Below are positions 12,020 through 23,717 of a stretch of 64,000 bases of DNA, piece after piece. The stretch comes from Geosiphon pyriformis uo1 (Eukaryota; Fungi; Glomeromycota), in contig JAAOMT010000197.1 in NCBI GenBank assembly GCA_016748015.1, positions 158,388 to 222,387 on the forward strand, in the 5' to 3' direction. The translations under genes and the position numbers were made by a program. Under the pieces are notes generated by a model, which worked only from the letters and a program-made list of their open reading frames with translations, ran no database searches and was not told the DNA's origin. The first letter of the stretch is position 1. Every line of letters begins with the position of its first letter.

Positions 12020-15000
12020 TCGTCTAAGTATACAACTACTGATTTCTATAATAAGCCAGTATAAACAATTTCTATTAGCCGTTGGAAAGTTGCTGGGGCA
12101 TTGGTTAAGCCAAATGGCATCACTTTAAATTCGAAATTTCCTTTTCTAGTAGTGAATGCCGTCTTCTCTTTGTTGGCTGAATTCATGGCTACTTACTAGT
12201 AACCACTGTTCAAGTCTAATGTTGAGAACCATTTGTTCCCACCGAAAGTGTCGAATAATTTCTGTATTTGTGGAGTTGGATAGCTGTCTCCACGAGTTAC
12301 ACTATTGAGTTTCTTGTAGTCTACACAAAATTAGATTTTTCCATTCTTCTTACAGACAAGTACCACTGGTAATGACCATGGGCTCATTGATGGCTGAATT
12401 AGCCTGTTGTCAAGCATTCAGTTTATCTTTTGATGGATGATCTTGTGACTAGCTGGTGGTACCCTGTATGCTTTTTGTTTAATTGGCATTGCATCTCCAG
12501 TCTTGATCTGATGCTGGATGATGTCAGTTTGGCCAAACTCATTTTCGCTGGCAAAGATGTCATTGAAATTGTTGAGCAACATCTTGAGCTGCATACATTG
12601 TAGTGGGTCTAGATTTCCCATGTTCATTTGTTCTAATTGTTCTGGTTGGAGCAAATAACATTCATCTTGTCCATAGATTGTTTGTGATGTGATGTCAACA
12701 TATCCACAAAGTTGTGGAAAGTCTGGAATGGGGTTTGGTGGTTGGTCTTCTATTTCTGTGATTAAATATCCAATGGTGGTTCCTTCTGGTACGTTAATGA
12801 TATTGTCAGTGTTGTTGTAGATGGGAATTTTTATGTGGCTATAACTTTTGGCTAGTATGTGGAGATTGATCAGCCCAATCTCTCCGAATTCACAAAGGTT
12901 TGCTTTAGCTTCAAAAATCTGTTCTTGCTCCTTTTCCTTCTTTTCTATTGCTAGCATGTACTGGCTATATGGTGGAATGGAAATAGTTTGACCGGTTGAG
13001 ATAATTTCTCCTTGGTCAACAATTTTTTCTTCTGCCATATTAACTAGTACATCTATTCTACCTGTTGACCCAAATCCTTGTATCCCTTTTGCTGTTATTC
13101 CTAATTTTTCTCTATTTCCCACTAACACTAATTGAGCTATTTTAACCAGAGGCAGGAATATTGTCTGTGCTATCTTTTCATTTGGCTCTATAATGTAAGT
13201 TTTTTCTGAGTCATTTTGTAGTATTGCAATAAGATTTTCTATATATCCTGTATCAATTATTTCTTCTCTGATATTAATTCTCTTTTTTGCTAAACTACTC
13301 CTAGATGCTAATTGAACTATTGTTGTTGTTGAAATTTCCAGTGCTATTTTAAGATCAATGCAGATGTGCGAGTGTGGTTCCAATTTGATGACATTTTTTT
13401 CTAGATATCTCAGATCAAACTCTCTATCAATATTATGCACACATTTTGGCATAATACCTTTATCATTGTAACTAAACCATTTTAGTTTTTGCTCTTTGGA
13501 AAGGTCAGGAAGTGTAATGTATTGTTTGGAGTTTAAATTAGAGTTCAAATTATCATAATTTTTGTTGCTATTTTGAATGAAACTAGAACCATTATTTTTG
13601 TTGTCATCATTATTAAAGTTTGAATCGGGATTAAAGGTTGATTCTGATTCTAATGGGCAGCTGCTGATTGGTTCATTTTCCTCTGGAATTGTGTAGATCA
13701 TGCATGGTGGTGGATTGTAAATAAGGTCACATTCATTACAATATTGAAAGTTACATAGAATTAAACAATATTAACATAATTAAGTATTCAATTGCTTTAA
13801 ACACTGCTCTTGTTCTTCTCTAATGGGTGCTAGTCACTAGTAGTGTTTGTGGAATTCCTTTGGATTGTCTTCAATGTTGCCAAAGACATCAAAAGTTTGG
13901 ACATATTCAGATTCAGGAAGAGATAGAAGATTGTTTTTGATTTTCAGTAGTTCACTGGATGTCATACCTTCTGCTTTTGTATTTGCCATTCTCCAGATTT
14001 CATGTTCATCATGGAGATATCCTTCCAATCATCACAACACTTGTTTTTAGACATCATTGATTGGTGTTCCCTTGTATACCCAGTCATTAATCAGGATTGT
14101 ATACTGACATGTTTTATTGCACATTTCTCCACACCCAGAAATGTTATTTCACATTTTTTTGTCAAGTAAAATAGTTCTATATACAAGACACAGTTTATTG
14201 TTCCATTTTCCTTGTTATTTTGGTCATCTAAAATGTTCTATGACACATAGATGACAGTAAAATTTTGTTGCTGTGGAGTATTCTTTGTTGTCATCACAGC
14301 ATATGTCTATCGATGACAATCTTTTGCCACAATCAATACATATGAGTTTTGGTTGGCAATAAGTGAATTTTTATGATGTAGTATATATATAGGAGTTATA
14401 AGTGGTGGTATTAGTAAGTGTTGTTTCTTTCTCTTTTTTTTTTTCCCTTATTGCTTTTTTCCCTCTCCCAAGTTATTAATTCTTCTTGGTCATTGTTAAT
14501 TTCTCAAACTAGGTTAAAATTCCAGGTAAGTTCTTTTTTTTGCTTTTCTTTCCCATTATTGTCCCAAGAAAGTATCAGTAATAGCTTATTGTGGTCTTTG
14601 TTGGCCCATGAAACTTGGTAAGCTTCCCAGATGGGTTTTTCTTTTTCTTTCTCGAATTTAATTAGTGGTGCTGATGTGGTGCTGTTTGGTTTGAAATGAT
14701 CACATATGGCTAGTACTCTTGTATGTTGTCTATCCTAACTGAGCTGTAGTTCCTGTATGTTTTAGTCGAGCATAGTATTGGTTTTGACTAGCCAGTCATT
14801 ACCAACTAGAGCTTGATACTGCGTAGCTTCCATTACTAAAACCTTGATTGGTGTGATAATACTATTGACTTCAAATGGGAAGTTATCAATCTCACCAATA
14901 GGGGTTTTGGTTATTTTATCAGCCATTATTATTCTGGTGCTGGCAGTGTGATCAACTCAACAATCTAATTGGTTTATGAATTGTTTTGTGATGATGCTGC

Positions 15001-17240
15001 CAGCTGATTCACTATTTAGGATCAGTTTGATGGGGTGACTATCCATTTTAGCATCCATGTACATAGTAGTAATTGGTTTTTCTTTAAGCATGACTTCACT
15101 GAACAAGGATGTGGATGTTAGTTTCTCAAGTTTGAATGAGAAGATAGCTGTGAGTAATTTGTCATTGGTAACAGTGGCTGGAGGTATGTTGTTAGTGAGT
15201 GGTTGTTTTTGATTGGGTTTTATGTTGTTGGGTGAAATGTCTTCTGGAGTTACCAGAAGACTTAAATAATTCTGAGAACTCAGGTTTTGGGTATATCTGG
15301 TTCCTGAATTCCATTGGCATAATTCTGATAGCTGGTTTGAGAAGCTGGGAATTGGTTGGTAAACAACCATTGCTGATCTCTAGTTTTGAGTAACTTTGGA
15401 TCTGAAATTCTCTGATGTCATTTGAGCTGAGTTTGAGATTGAAATTGCTGGTGTTTGATAAATTACTTGTGACTGTGGTAGTTAATAAATTACAGATGTT
15501 GTTGGTTGGTAAATTAATGCTGGAGACTAATATACTAAAAGTGAGTATAATTGCTATGTCATTGGAGTTTGATAAATTGGCTGTGTTATTGAAAAGTAAT
15601 GTAATTGAGGTTGGTATTATTCTGGTGATTGATTACTGATGTAATTTNNNNNNNNNNNNNNNNNNNNNNNNNNNNNNNNNNNNNNNNNNNNNNNNNNNNN
15701 NNNNNNNNNNNNNNNNNNNNNNNNNNNNNNNNNNNNNNNNNNNNNNNNNNNNNNNNNNNNNNNNNNNNNNNNNNNNNNNNNNNNNNNNNNNNNNNNNNNN
15801 NNNNNNNNNNNNNNNNNNNNNNNNNNNNNNNNNNNNNNNNNNNNNNNNNNNNNNNNNNNNNNNNNNNNNNNNNNNNNNNNNNNNNNNNNNNNNNNNNNNN
15901 NNNNNNNNNNNNNNNNNNNNNNNNNNAGGCCTCTAATGAATTAATTTAGAATTTGTGGTGCTGTGAAATAATCAGCCTGTATGGCCTGAATTTGGTACAA
16001 ATTTCTGTAAAAGTATCCTAAGTAAGTAGTGACTGCTTCATTTTCTTTTTGCTTGATGGTAGTCAAAGTGTTGACCAATCAGTTAATGATATTATTATTG
16101 CTGAAATATTGCAGGAATGCAAGCTTGAATGCATTGAAATCTTGGGGTTTGTTAGCCAAGCTTTGATACCAAGAGTTGGCAATATTCTGGAGAAAATATA
16201 GAATGACTTGTATGGCTCAAGCATTATTCCATCCATTAGCTATAATGGCTTTTTCTACATCATTGAATTATACTTGGGCATCAACTTTTTCACCCATAAA
16301 TTTTTTGAGTTTCACAATTGGTGCATATGCCATTTATGTAATTGATTGTAATTGTTGTACTAATAATAAGTGAGGTTGTTGAAATGATTGCTGAATCAGT
16401 TCAATGGGTGGCTAATCAATGTCAATTTCTAGAGATAAATTCAGCTAATTAATTAAATCAGGGTTTCAATTGTTCTGATTTTGTTGATTAATATTATCGG
16501 AGTTCAGATTGTTTAGGTTTTTAATTTCTGGGTTTTCTAGGATCAGGTTTTGATAATTAAATTCCTGATCTTCTTCTTTCTTTTCTTTTGATGCCATTAT
16601 CTTTTATAGATTAGCTATTCCAAAATTTGGTTGAGATAGTGGTCATCAAAATCCTGATGGTGTTGGCAATCACAATTTAAATCCTTCAAAGTAATCGTCA
16701 TAAATTCTTAATAATTCTGCTTTTTTTTATTTACTTTAAAATGGGAGTCATCCAAATGCTGATGTTACTTTTAATGTAAATGCACCTGCTGATAAGATGT
16801 TAATAGTACTTCTGGGCATATAATAATATGATAGATGTAGGAAAGATTTAATTTTTTGCTTCTTCCACATTGGTAATTGTATTCCTTTTGGAGTTGTTGC
16901 TAGAGTTTATAATTTTTTTTTACCTTTATTTGCATAGGTAATGGGAAATTGTTGTTGAGTATATCTTTTAATTTTCTGATTAATTTCTTTGATGATTGGT
17001 GCAAACTGTGATTTCATGGTAAGCTGGTGTGTTGGATTAATTCTGTATAGAAATTTTCTCTTGCTGATTTAATATCAACTGGTCTTCTTAGAAAGTCTGT
17101 GATTTTTTCATTGATGTAAAAGTTGAAAGCTAATTCTGCTGGATAATAGTTGTTAGTTAAGCCCAATTGTTTGCTGTCTATTGAAATAAAGATTTAGCAA
17201 ATCCTAAATGGTTTGTCCCTATTATTTCTGATTCTGCTAC
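12020..17240 (-). pseudogene. Element A gag-PR-Cys-rich-dUTPase-RT(5' part)
   Basis: ORFs 14957-15370 (protease), 13837-14028, 12418-13701 (LASRSSLAKK, IIDTGY, KIAQ, GIQGFGSTG); RT MPFGL at ~12110. Confidence 0.9.
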
Positions 17241-17283
17241 TTTTGAATAATTGTTATTGGTACTAGTTCTCTGTAAGATTATA

Positions 17284-17302
17284 CCTCACAGGAAGCACCA
17301 AA
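17284..17302 (-). promoter_or_regulatory. Primer-binding site of element A
   Basis: Minus strand TTTGGTGCTTCCTGTGAGG immediately inside the LTR end. Confidence 0.8.
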
Positions 17303-18100
17303 TATTACAGGTGATTATTTGGGATCTTAAAGCAAATAACAAACCCATAACTTGGTGCTCAATTGATATAATGATGTTAATATTTGAAGGTTTTCATGAT
17401 CTGAAAGTTTTAGTTGGTTTAAAAGTTTTGTTGTAAAGTTTTTTGTATAATAAACAGAGATTCAATTGTTGTCTTCTCAGTAGCTTCTTGGAATCACAAT
17501 TTTGTCAAATTTTTTCTCAATGTAGTGGCCAGTAATCTGGCAGAGATGTTCTTCTGATAAGCTATCCTTAAATTCTCAATGTTATACTCTTTCTTTAGGG
17601 TTTTTTACCAGGCTATTCTTGATGTCAATAATTTAGTGCTTTTTCTCTTTAATTAATTAGTAAAACAAAAAGAAATAATAATAAAAAAATAAAAAAATAA
17701 GCCAAAGTGATGAGTGTTAATATCTTATTAATAGCCATAATCAAGAGTTATTGTTCTAGTATGGTTAAGTATCAATTACTATCAACATAAAATATTGATA
17801 ATGGAGAGTGAATTAAGATAGTGAATAATTATTTATTGATATTTGTGAATAAAAAATTGCTTAAATCAAATTTAAACTGAGAGGTCTCCCTTTTTTTCTT
17901 CTAATACTACCACTATATATACATAATTGATGTTCTATAAGATTGCTCACATTCTTGAGTGATATGCTATGATTTCTTGAGCAATATGCTCTAATTTTCT
18001 AATATCACTCCATATTGCTGAGCAATATGCTTATGTGCTAACTACTACTTTCCTATTGGTCTACTATTTTCTATATCTGTTTTTCTTTTTATGAGTAATA
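17303..18100 (-). repeat. 5' LTR of element A
   Basis: Mutated termini TATTAC...GTAATA; similar to LTRs at 34238 and 53592; GAGCAATATGCT repeats at ~17957-18032; outer flank ACAT. Confidence 0.85.
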
Positions 18101-20079
18101 ACATAAAATTTTTAGCAATAGAGCTTATAAACTACAATTAAAAAACAAAATTTTAAAAAAAACTACACATAAAAATTGTCTAAAATTTTATTATATAATA
18201 CAAAAATTATCATTATTTATATATTAATTAGAAACACAAATTTTATTAATTAAATCTAAAAGTATTCTATAAGATTTAAAACTAAACACAAAACTTTGAA
18301 TTATGTAAATTAAATATATAAATACCAAAAAAATAAGAAAAAAAAGCTTAAAACACTTTTAGCATAGATTTTTTAGACAAAATCTTGAAATTTTTACAAC
18401 AACTATTTGAAGCAATTTAATAATTTACAATACTAATAGAAATCACAATTAATAGAAAAAAAAATATAATATAAAAATACAAGCAAAAAAAAAATAAACA
18501 AAAATTTAACTAAAATTAAATGTTTTTAGTCTTACAAATAATTAAAAAAAAAGATAATCTTCTTAGGTAATAAAAAAATTAAAAAAGCTTTATATAACTT
18601 AGTTATAAAACCAAACACTAAAAAGAGAACTTTTAAAATCTTCAAAATATAGAAAAAAAACTTCTATTAACATATTGATTTTTTAAAATTAGTAAAATAC
18701 TAGACTTATAGACATTATATATAGATAATAATAAATAAATATTTAACAAAAAAGCTTTTAAACAAGTAGAAAAATTTGTTAAAAAAAACAATTTAATACT
18801 ATATTACAAAACAATATACCAACTATATTCAGCATTTAAATACTGTTTAGCCATACTATTAAACAATTTATTAAAAATTATTATAGTTAATAATATAAAA
18901 CAAATAACAAATTTTTAGTTTAAAAAACTACAAAAACAATATTTAATATAACAATTAAACACTATATCAAAAAAACAATTTTCCAAGATATATATAATTT
19001 TATAAAAGCTTAATTCTAAAAGAGAAAAATAAATATTATCAAGTAAAAAAACCAATTTAAAATTATTAAAAAAATATAATAACATAGAAAAACATAATAA
19101 TACAAAATAATATGAAATAATATGAAATAATGTAAAATAATTTAAAATAATATAAGATAATACATAATAATACAAAATAGCACAAAATAACTAGTAATAA
19201 CATAAAATTACTAGTTATAATATAAAAAAATAAAGCAATAATTGAAATAGCAAATAATAGCTAGTAATAATAAGCAATTAAAAACAATTTTATAAAACTA
19301 AATAAAAACAAAAAGAGATTTTTCAGAAAATTTTGAATTTTTTAAAAAATCATGAAATTTTTAGAAAATCTTAAATCTTTTAAAAAATTGTGAATTTTTT
19401 AGAAAATCTAGTAAAGAAAAATAAAAATTTTGTATAATAAAAAATATATATATATAATGATAACATTAAAAATAAAAAATAAATAAACAAGTTTTTAATA
19501 ACTAATAATTAACAACAAGTAGTTAAAAAATACATCTTCTTTTAAAAGTTAGTTTTTTATATTTTAAAGTAAAATTATTTAAATATTAAATAAAATTATT
19601 ATTTTATTATTTAATTCTGTTATTATTATTATTAAATTAAATTTTTTATTACCTAATTTTATCTATGACTAATATTAATAATATCTACTATTTAAACTAT
19701 ACTAAAACAATAACTCTTAATTATGGCTATTAATAAAATACTAATTTCTTATTTTTTATTTTTTTGTTTCTTTTGCTTTCTTTATTATTTACTAATTAAT
19801 ATTAAAAATAGTTTGATAAAAAATCTGTAAAACAAAAGTAATAAATTCAGAAAAAAAATAACTTACCAGAAAGACATAATTGTCAAATTAAAACAGCTTT
19901 TATGTTAAAAAAAAAATTTGGAAAAAAAATCACAAATTGAATTTCTGTCTATTATACAAAAAATTCAACCAAAATTTTTAAATTCTAAAACTTTTAAAAA
20001 ATAATATTATAATTAATTATTGAATACCAAATTACAGATTAGTTATTTATTTCAATAACCCAAATAGTTATTTATAACA
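18101..20079 (+). mobile_element. Hypermutated relic of a related LTR element (integrase end, ORF3, PPT, 3' LTR ~19034-20079)
   Basis: Aligns by eye to D 43130-44450 with G>A and C>T changes (e.g. aacaatttaatactatattacaaaacaatataccaactata vs aacaacctgaccctacattacaaagcagcataccaactata); LTR end resembles the reverse complement of 53592-53650. Confidence 0.8.
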
Positions 20080-21782
20080 ATATATTTCTATATTTTATAA
20101 TCAAAGAATTCTATAAGTAAATTTATATATAATAAAAATTTTTAAAAACTAATATTTCTAATATGTTTTTCATACATTTAAAAAAAACTTTATAGCTTTC
20201 TTACTAAATTCAGAACATTAAATATTATTACAATACTTTATTAAGTTTAATTATAATATTACCAAAGATAATAGAACATAAAATAAAAATATTTTTTTGG
20301 TATACAACTTAGTTAACTAAAAATAATCTATATCTAAAACAAATTTTTTATATACTTTTAAAAATATAAAAGTGGATGCACTTAATGTATTATATTTTAG
20401 AACAAAATATTTAAAACATTTATACTTTTTATAATAAATTAAATCTAGTCTAATCTAAAAAAATTTTACATTACCAAAAATTAGTTTTATATAAAAAACA
20501 GATTTTAGATCTTTTTTTGATTTAAAACTAATCATAGTATTATAAACTTTATTGTTAATTTTAAATAAATAATTAATAATACATGTTTTCTTATTAGTTT
20601 TTTTTAATAAAGCATCTAGATTATAAGCAGTAATTTAGTATTTTAAACCAAAAAGTTTTAATTTATATATTTAAATTATCAAATTTTTTTGGTTCTGTTT
20701 TATTAATTTAATTATATATTTTAATAATTGGGTTTTTTTTAAAAAAAATTTAAATATTAAATTGTTTATTTAAAGTATTATAAATAATAAATGTTTTAAT
20801 ATATTAATATAAAATTTTTAATTTTAAGTTTTTAATCTAAATTTGTATTGGTTTTGAAAAGTTAATTTTTTTTATAAATTTATTGTTTAAAATAAATTTG
20901 ATTGTTTTTTTAATTATAGTTTTAATATATATAACTTAATTATTTTTTATTTAAAAATAGTTATATTATTTAATAAAAAAAATAATTTGTTTAATGTAAA
21001 TTTAAATAAAAAATATTAAACAAATTTGCATTTTTTGCTATTTTTGTTAATAAAATTATTATGCTGTTAAAAAAATTTTGTTATTGTATTATAATTTTAA
21101 TTTTTAAAAATATAATTTATAATAATTCTGTTTTTTTTAGTATTGTTAAATAATTGATTTGAATAAAATAATGTTAAAATTTTTGATAATAATTATTTTA
21201 AAAAATTAATTAATTATTAAAATTGTTTTTATTATTAGTTAGTTAAAAATAAGTTTAAAATATAAATTAATTTAATTAATTTGATTTTTTGGTTGATATT
21301 TAATAATTTTAAGTTAATAATAATTAATTAATTTAATACTAAATAAATAATAAGTTAATAAGAATAATAATAGTAAAATTTTTATAATTGTAAAAAATAA
21401 TATTAATTATTTTGTATTTGTTAATTTTGATAAAATTTTTTACAATTTTTTTTAATATTTTGAAATTTTACAATAGTAATAATTAAAATTTTAAAGTTAA
21501 TTATTTAATAATAGTATTTTAATTTTAATATTATAATAATTAATATTTTTATTGTTAATTAAAAAAATAATTATTGATTCATTTTGTAAATAAATTTAAT
21601 TTTTTTAATTATTATACTGAATTTTTCTATAACAAAATTAACAAATTTGGTGTAATTTGTTTTTATTACTATTTTATAAACTTTAATATATTAAATAATA
21701 ATAATTAAATCTTTTAAAACTTAAAATTAAACTTTTTAATAAGTTTGTTTTTTAAATTTATAATAAATTAATTCAAAAAATA
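20080..21782. other. Extremely AT-rich tract, probably an eroded TE relic
   Basis: Very few G/C and no ORFs; same texture as the identifiable relic next to it; family not identifiable by eye. Confidence 0.55.
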
Positions 21783-21925
21783 CAAAAAAACTTCTTTTTT
21801 TTCTTTATCCAAATTCCCAAAAAAGAGTCAAAGTTTTTTGAAAAAAGTTTTTTACAATTCAGTACGATAAATTCAAACCCTTTATTCTTGACTACAAAAC
21901 CACTGTTGGTTGTAGTATTGTTGTC

Positions 21926-23717
21926 ATAAAGAAAGCTGCTAAAGTTTCTGATTCTAGTAATAGCTTTAGGCCTGTTTTTCCAAAGAAAAAAAGAAGAGGC
22001 AGTGTCTTAAAGGATGGTTCTGGTGGTAAAATTGTTGATCTTAAGGTCCAAATTAGTCGTTCATAGGGTTCAAAGACTGGTGACATCACTAAGTCTGATA
22101 GCATTAATATAGAGAAGGAATGTCTGATAGAAGAGACCAGTTTTGATTATGGTAAAAGTGGTGCTATTGCTAGTAATTTTAATCAAACACCTACTGGTTC
22201 AAAAATTAAAACCAAAAAGGCATTAGGCAAGCTTTTGGGTAAAATTAATTTTTTTTTAAGTAACAATAAAGATAATGTTCTTTTAGATGCTCTACTGGAA
22301 CTCCCTTCACCTTTAAAAATCTGGTCAACATCTCTGTTCATAAATTTTTTACTTTGGATATTGGTTTGAACAAAATAATTAGGAAGTCTTCTCAAAAAAA
22401 GCTTTTAGTAGTCAGAAAGTTGTTTTCAAAGATCAATGGTTTTGGAGGAACCTCTACCCCCTCAAAATTTGCTGGAATCATCAAAATAATGTTCACTTCC
22501 AAGTCAAGTTTGGCGCAGGCTTCTAAAAAGGCTGAAAAAGGAAAGATTTTGGTAAACTCTGATCTCAGAAAATCATTTGAGCATTCAGATCGGACTGTAG
22601 TGTTGAAGGAAATTCCAATTAGTACATCAATTGAAACTGTACACATTGTGCTTTCCAAGTTTGGCATAATTAAGTCGATCAAGATGCAATTGGTAAAACT
22701 GTGACAGAAAACAGTGGTTGAATTTGAACAGGTTGAGCATGCTGATTTGGTTACAGTATATTGGTCTATCTTAATCAGGAAGAATACAATGCACATTACT
22801 AAGTCTGATGTGGACAAAGAATCATGAGATGCAAGAAATGTTCACAAAGCTCTTCTATACACTCTGCCAATAGGAACCAATGCACATGATATCTGAAATT
22901 ACATTACTTCAGTGGATGAGAAGACTTGTGTCATTGACTATTATCTGGTCACTTATATCTGGACCAGGTGCACTGCTGTTTGTTTTGATTCTGTTGAGTC
23001 ATTGGATGCTGTCATGGAAACCATGCTTATTCTGAAAAAGACCAATTTGTACTAGTCTTGTCTTGTTCTGGCAAAGTGCGCCAAGTATAGAAAATTAGGT
23101 CATACATCTTTGTCTTGTTCTGTTGGTAAAAATGAAGGTGCTTCCTTTGGTGTTTCATCATGAAAAACTTTCTTTGATTCTGATAAAAGCAGACTGACTG
23201 CTATTTATGTTAAATGCTTGGCTCTAGTTGCTTATCCAGTTTCCTTTGGTGGTATTTTATGGGCATAGATTGCTGGTAGGTCTTCTCTTCTTTTTCTCTT
23301 CATTTGGAATGTTTTGTTAAATGCTGGCTTCTTTTTAAAGATAAAGCCTATCCTGTTGGTGTCTTTGGAATTGAATGATAGATTTGCCACTTTTAAGTGC
23401 AGTTTCATTAGTCTTGCAGAACATGTTGACATGCTGGCTAAGAGATTAAATGCACCTGGCTAATAGTTTCTCAGCTTAGCTCTGGATGTCAGCCATTGGT
23501 GATCTTTTCATTACAGAATCAAGAGACAGATATAGTAATAAGTGAGAGTTCAGGTGTAGTCACTGGTGGTGAGACTGTTGCAGAAGTGGTGGTTTTTGAT
23601 CCTTCAGTTATTTCGAAAATGGAAGAAACATTAAACAATCTTTCAATCACAGTTATGAGTCTTTTAGCTAAAATAGACAATACTGGTTTGGTTTCTACCT
23701 CTCTTCTTTCTCAATGA
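21926..23717 (+). pseudogene. LINE 1 ORF1 (gag-like, degenerate CCHC knuckle)
   Basis: ORFs 22354-22704 and 23496-23717; knuckle remnant CAKYRKLGHTSLSC at ~23077-23118; homologous to 45380-46927. Start is approximate. Confidence 0.8.

Larger units (their letters stand above)
1..18100 (-). mobile_element. Ty3/Gypsy-type LTR retrotransposon A (decayed; interrupted by element B at 2915-12019; its 3' LTR lies left of the window)
   Basis: Minus strand order: LTR (17303-18100), PBS, gag (AYAPI.KL..F.GE), PR (LILNSESAGS), dUTPase (ORF 12418-13701), RT, RNase H, integrase (TPFELVYGR, WDGPF), ORF3. RT is continuous across the B insertion. Confidence 0.92.
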
